DNA of 40,972 bases from Toensbergia leucococca (lineage: Eukaryota): the NCBI GenBank assembly GCA_022813965.1, contig JALDZS010000203.1, positions 1 through 40,972 on the forward strand, in the 5' to 3' direction. A program made the position numbers and the translations under genes. Under the pieces are notes generated by a model. The model did no database searches. It was given only the letters and a program-made list of their open reading frames with translations, and had not been told where the DNA came from. The stretch's first letter is position 1. Each line of letters begins with the position of its first letter. This document shows positions 34,979 through 40,972 of this stretch, piece after piece.

Positions 34979-37534
34979 ATGGCGCGGTTAAATGAACCTC
35001 AAGCCGCCATCGAGTCAATCGATGCCCGTACGTCTTTATTTATTTCCTCTAAACGGTGACATTAAACTAACGTAGGCGTCTATGAATAGTGAAGCGTCGA
35101 TTTGTGCGGCAAAATCGGGAGATCGCAAGGTTTACATACCCATCGATGCCCTAGAATCCGACTGACAATGGCAGAGCAAATTCAACACAATCACTTCGCA
35201 TAAGAAACCTCGAGAGCGAAATCTCTCGCCTGCTTTCGGAAAATATCGGACTACGAGAGCATATCATAAAGCTACAGCACGAGCTAGAAAAGGACCGAGG
35301 TCGAGACATCTTAGAAAACGTTGGTGCAGTCAAGGACAGGTTCGAGGCCAAATTGGCAGAACTAGGAGACTTGGTAAAGGAGTTAGGCGCGGTACAGAAA
35401 GGTCTTTACAGCAATCAATCACCCCAACGGAGAAGAATAGGCAGAGGCTCTCCCAAAAAGTCGCCAGACCAAAAGAATTGGAAGAATGTTCTCACATTAT
35501 CTGAAGTCACCGGAGGCATGGATGGTCGGCTACCGCCCATTGTTGAGGACAAATACTTTCCAAGGCGGACACTAGAGTAGGCTGGACCCTACTCTTTATG
35601 AGATATTGCACTGACGTATATGTAGTGCCGAGGAATTGCTTGGAATTATATCTGACCCTGACAATGCTCCCGATTCACCCGATCTCGGCCCTCCACCAGT
35701 CGCTCATTTCGAAGACGGTGACCCCGTCAAAACTGATGCAAGTCAAGGTCATATTAGAAGGAAATCGGTGCCTGAAATGGTGGACGAAACGCCTTCCGCA
35801 TTATCTGCAAATCTGGAGACTCGAAAAAAGCGGAGAGAGAGTTCACAGCACACAGAGCCGGGACGTCCGCCAATTACAGAATTTCAAAATACAGTATCGA
35901 GAGGTGCTGATGCAGAGACAAGACAACCTCTGAAATCCGGAGCCAAAAGGAAGCTGAGCGTCAGAGAAGATGACGAGCGGGTTAAAATACAGGACACAAT
36001 CAGAAAGGACGAATTCAAATTTAATCGAAAGCAGGAGTCTTCGGACACGAACGAAGGCAAACTTGAAAAGATCGGTTCGTCGGAAACGAGAAGCGCAAAT
36101 GCTCAAAAACCTCCCATTGATCCTACTTCAAGCAGGGGAGTAGGCCATGAGAAGGTTAAGGAAGCACCTTTGATAGCGCCAACGAATCTTCGAAAAGCTC
36201 TGGGTCCCAGTAAGTCACACCCTTTTTCTCTCGATCGATGATGCTTACTAATGCCGTTTGTAGAAAGCGTCAATACCGATCCGATAACTTCACCCGTCAA
36301 AAACAGCAACTCCGGCCTCAGCGACAAAATCACAGAGTTGAAGAAAGACGTAGCCAAGAAAGCTCGAGAACGTGAACATAATCGTGCCAGAGACAAGCCG
36401 CCTATAGGAAAGGTCAACCGTACCATCGATAAAGCAGAACCCGTCGTGTGTCCAGTTGAACAGGCTGCACAACCATCACAGACTCATCCAGAGACCCCTG
36501 CACCTGCAGCCCTCGACCTCTTCTCTCCAATTCCCTCAGAACCCTCAGCTCCTCGCCCAAAATCACAAGACACCCCTCCACCCTCAGATATCGACCCCGA
36601 AGCTTCGAAAGCTGACGCTTTCGGATCCTTAGGCAGAAGTACCCGCCGTCCACGAGGTGGAGTCAGTTACGCCGAGCCCAACCTCCGAGCCAAAATGCGT
36701 CGACCGACCAAGGAGCTCGTGGACGCAGTTGGCGCTGAAGAAAAAATGCACCAAAGCGTGGTTTTTGTCAAATCGGAAGAATCTCTTCCAGGGTTAGACA
36801 AGAGTACCTTGAGAACTGTAGTGATAAAGAAGGAAGACGGGCTTGATTCTACGGCATGTTGGAAAGATTTCCCTCTGAGAGCGAACGAGACTCAACAACA
36901 GAGACTTCGAGACGAGGCCGTCAGCCCACTGGGAAACAAGGTTGCAGCTGCAGCGATGACTTTGCCTGTCAGTGTCATCACTGACCGACGAAGGCGAGGC
37001 TCTGCGTTACACCGAGTCGACGATGTGGGTCCTGTAGAGAAGCATACGACTGGGTCTGGATCCGGGCCTAGTGACATAATCAAGGCTCTGGCAGCTGGAA
37101 GGAATCGACCACTAAAAAGGGAGGAGGAGAAAAATGGGGAAGAAGACGTGGGAAAGACGGACGCCTTTGAGTTTACCGGAAGTTCGCCTAGTGATGTGGC
37201 GGGCGGCGGAAGCGATGGCAAAGAAGCGAGAGAGGCTGTGGCAGATAACGGGCGGGCTTCAAGACGTCATTCTAGCGTCCCAACGGGACTGAGAGCTCGA
37301 GCTGGCGAGGTGAGAGGAAAGTCGGAGGTGAGGAGCGAGGACGCGAATAGAGGAATCGAGAAGAAAAAGACAGATGTAATTGAAAGTGGGGAAAAAGTGG
37401 GTAAATCACTAGATGAGGGCGCAAAGAGCGGGAGGGCGGTTTTGAGTATTCGAGGCGCGGGCATTGCGGAGCGTGGACTGGAGACTGGGAGAGCGGAAAG
37501 GGCGGCGAGTAGGAGGAGGAGTATGATGCTTTGA
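34979..37534 (+). CDS. sgo1: Shugoshin (centromeric cohesion protector), 5 exons
   Basis: N-terminal coiled coil MARLNEP...LKRRFVRQNREIARANSTQSLRIRNLESEISRLLSEN; basic SGO motif RRPRGGVSYAEPNLRAKMRRP; introns 35028-35089, 35130-35174, 35577-35625, 36210-36263. Confidence 0.95.
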
Positions 37535-38510
37535 TTTGGGCGATTACTGGGTAGGGATTTTGGCGTTGGAACTTTGAGGATGAAGCGATGAAATAGTTTT
37601 TCTCCTTTTTGTGGAGGGGTTTGGATGTTGGATTTGGGTTAGTGGTGGGCTTAGTGGCTTGTCGTTAACTTAAATAAAGCTTGGTTTGCTCTGTTTTGTG
37701 AGGTTGATTGTTCTGTTGCTGTGATTTGGTCTATCCCCATCCTTCTGGCAAAGCACGTGCCCTGTTTTCAGGGGTAGAAACCATCAATTTTGTTGCCCCT
37801 ATTGGAAAGCCTTGATTTGTTCTTTCCGAAGGGTCTGAGTGAAATAAGGTCAAAATATCCGGAATTCTGGGCTCAGGAATCTAAGATTTCAGGATGGGAA
37901 AGAGCTGTTTAGCGTTGATGAGATCGAGGGGTGTGCCATGTTGAATGGATGATCGTGGATAGCGACTTTTGGCTATCAGGCCAGAAAATGAAAGTCGTCG
38001 TTTTCCATTTGAAACCTTGCCTTGCGATACATGTATGTTCTGCGTGGTGTACAGCCATAGAGGCTCCGTGCATACTCCTGGATCTACTTTTCTTTTTTTT
38101 GGTCTTTCGTCACTTGGTTTTCTTCGGCTTTTTGGTCTTCTTTGAATATGTCGATATGCTTAGTCAACCATTGCCCGGTATATGTTCTGTCCTTTGGTTG
38201 ATTTGGCGAATTTAGAGGAGGTGTGGAGTCGGTCGTGTGTTATATCTTGGATGGATCTAAGTGACAATGAAACAGGGCATGTAGCCAGAGGATGGGATAA
38301 GGTGCGTTGGTTGGTGAGTGCTGGTGCTGCAGGCTCCTTTGGATCTGGTACAGCTTTGGGTTCTGTATGTTGCAGGAGAGCACAGGGTAGTGCGGCGTCC
38401 TTGAGTCAGTTGGCCGCTTGCGGTGCGTTTGTATCGTTGGGGATTTTCTGTCAATTTCGGTTGCTTTCTTTAGCCGAGCGGAAGGAATTGGTCAGCACTT
38501 TGAAATCCTC

Positions 38511-40972
38511 TCATGCTATCTTTGGTATTAAGGCTCTGACGGAACGGTTATGCTCCAACTCGGAAGCTTCTGCGTAGGTGTCCTTCGCGTGTCTCAGCCG
38601 ATCGGCTTCGTCACCCCCGCTGCCACTTGAGAGAGTAAGATTTGGCTGTCACCATATGTTGTTTTTCGATGGTTTACTCACTGGGTCAATATGGCTAGCA
38701 GTATAGAGAAGAACAACTCATGGCATGATAGTCTTGGAATAAGATTCCCCAGCATATCTCCCCCCTCCGAATCACGCCAGACCTCTTTGTTGGGGTATAT
38801 GTTGTTTTTCCACCTAAAAATGTTAATTTTGAGGTCCCGTAATGCTCCTTCACACATTCGGATCACATTCTCTGGCATGCGTTGTAAGGGAAACATTCTG
38901 TTTTGATAGGTGTTATAGTGCAGGTTCAACTCTAAGATGGAATGTAGGCTATCTCTTATACAAGTAACCGTTTGAAGAGGAATAGAATGAGCGTCTTCGA
39001 TAATGACTGCTTGTTGCAAACAAGATGATACGTTCACTGTAATACTTTGGAGACCGTGAAATTTGGCCCATGATGTAGTCCTTTTGAGCGCAGGTGAGCT
39101 CCAAAGCAGATATTGCTGAGCTGCAGCATCTATAGGGAAGTCCTCTATTCTGAGTTGGCCAGAAAGAACAGCAATTCTGTGTCGGTCTAGTATAGGAGCA
39201 GTGAGGGTTGAGTATACGAATTGAACCCCCTTCTTGACCAGTCGTTAATCATTTCTATCTGACCCAAGGCGACCATAAAATTAAGTACTATCCAGCCATA
39301 GTGGCGGCAGCCAATGTGAAGATTCTGAAAAGTGGGTCCGTCTAAAACGTGAGATATCAAGTCGCACTGATTGTATATTACTGCCGCGAATAAACTCTTC
39401 GCAACGCCAAGGCTGTGTCTACCAGAATTTCTGTAAATATGGTCAAAAATCTGTATGTTCCCCCATGCTGCAGCGATAATGAGAGGCGACCATGTTTTAA
39501 TCATGGTGACATTGGATCCACGTGAGATATCGAGATCCTGAGGATGAGACATTTGGCTACCCAACCCAAATGAAAAGACGATTTCACTTTCATAATGTCT
39601 ATTCATATCCGCTCTCTTGATCACACAAGCCTTGAAAAGGGCAAGGTTGCCAATTGCAGCAAGTGGTATAAGCAGCAGGGTCTGTACATGATGTTGATTA
39701 CATTGGATCTCAGAACCCAGTGATATTATGGAATCCACTAGTCGCTGAAGGAGTATGTATTTCTTGTTCGCTAACATTTCCCTGATAAAATGCTTGATTC
39801 TGATGCTGATTTCTTCTGATATGGAATGAATTTCCGAAAGTTGTGGATCACTTTTCAGAGTATGGTCCAGAAGTGCCCCATGATCAAATTGAACGACCCA
39901 TCGAACCAAGTTCTTCAATGATATCTCTGAGGTCTCTGAACCTGCCAATGTTTCCAACCATGGTTTGTTCGCTTTGCCGCTTCGATCATCCACGAGTCGA
40001 CACCACAAAGCCCATAGCTGCTTGGAGTCACGCTTTAATGCCTTGGTGTGTAGATACCAGAATTCTTTAGCATATTCCAGAAGGAAGTACTGATGTTGGA
40101 CTCGTCGTTGACGGTGAGCATCCGTATCCCCAGTAGTTTCTTGAAGCTGGCGGTTGATGGCAATATTAGGCTTGGTCTTATCTTTCAAGAGTTTCAAGGC
40201 AATTCTATCTGTAAAGATCGTCCGTGGGAGAGATCCCTTCAGCACCGTCAGTGGTATATTCCCCATGTCCAACATCTTTGTCGTAGCCATATGTGTGTTA
40301 AAGACGCCGAAGCTGAGATACGTCATACATACTCCGCCAACTTCGTCGTCAGCGTATTCCAAGTCAACATGGTATTTGTCGATGGGTCCGTCGTTTGATT
40401 TTGTCAGTAGGTACTGCTTGACACTGTGATGGGTGAAATGTACAGTTTTCTGTTCTTCTTCGACACATACTAGGTTGCCACAGCATTCAAGTGCTTGCGT
40501 CATATCATTGACAAGACGCGCTGGATATAAATCATCCTGGAAGATCTCGATGCTTATTGCTTCACGAAGCTCTTCTAAAACCATAGGCCGCTTTGCTACT
40601 GAAAGCCACCGGAATATTCGCCCAGTGATCTTGAATTCTAGCTTTTTTGTCCTGTATAGTCTACGAAGAATGCGTTCAAATGTCTTTGGCAAGTCTTCAG
40701 GAAGATCTTTAAGAGTGCTGATGATATCTTCATCACACGTTTGAGCACAAATATCCCGGATTTGGAAAGAAACCCATAGAAACCTCTTTTATATTAGCAC
40801 TCGGCCTCTTTCATTACGGATTGCGCGGGACATACATTCCTTGAGCACCTCGACGGAGAGTATTCTGAATCGTTAGAATTAGAGCGGGATCTCCAAGTCG
40901 TAAGTCCCCATCCTCTAGGCACTGCTCAAGTGTAATGTCAATGAAATGATTGATATCGGTGGTGGCTTCAGT
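38511..40972 (-). CDS. 3' part of a NACHT-type (NLR-like) gene: post-NACHT helical/winged-helix region and degenerate ankyrin-like tail; frameshifted; 5' end outside window
   Basis: GAQGM|FLWVSFQI across intron 40835-40784; LPEDLPKTFERIL, FRWLSVAKRPMVLEELREAI, CGNLV, VHFTHHSVKQYL, LLEYAKEFWYLH; WSPLIIAAAWGN. First frame stops at 39187; a one-base shift near 39242 continues (LVKKGVQF...) into ORF 38678-39037. 3' end uncertain. Confidence 0.8.

Overview
Eukaryotic DNA from a filamentous ascomycete (Pezizomycotina; short GT-AG introns with CTRAC/CTAAY branch points; a lichen-forming lineage is plausible but cannot be shown here). The window has two compartments. Left ~20 kb is a fast-evolving, decaying accessory island: a frameshifted MFS transporter, a small protein with PemK/MazF-like motif order, an eroded ankyrin relic, an apparently intact NLR-type gene (SesB-like alpha/beta-hydrolase + NACHT + ten near-identical 99-bp ankyrin repeats) head-to-head with an NBD-less HeLo-like/Cys-rich/ankyrin gene, a Cys-rich multipass membrane protein, an SDR pseudogene and a ~1100-codon pseudogene. 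A long, mostly non-coding middle holds ecl1 and low-complexity DNA. Right is a compact block of chromosome-segregation genes (TPX2-motif protein, dad2, shugoshin) with forkhead/MCB/SCB-type sites, then the 3' part of a second, frameshifted NACHT gene. The best candidate for an undescribed system is the divergent NLR / HeLo-like-CxCxCH-ankyrin pair. All gene models and family calls were read by eye; no database searches were run.
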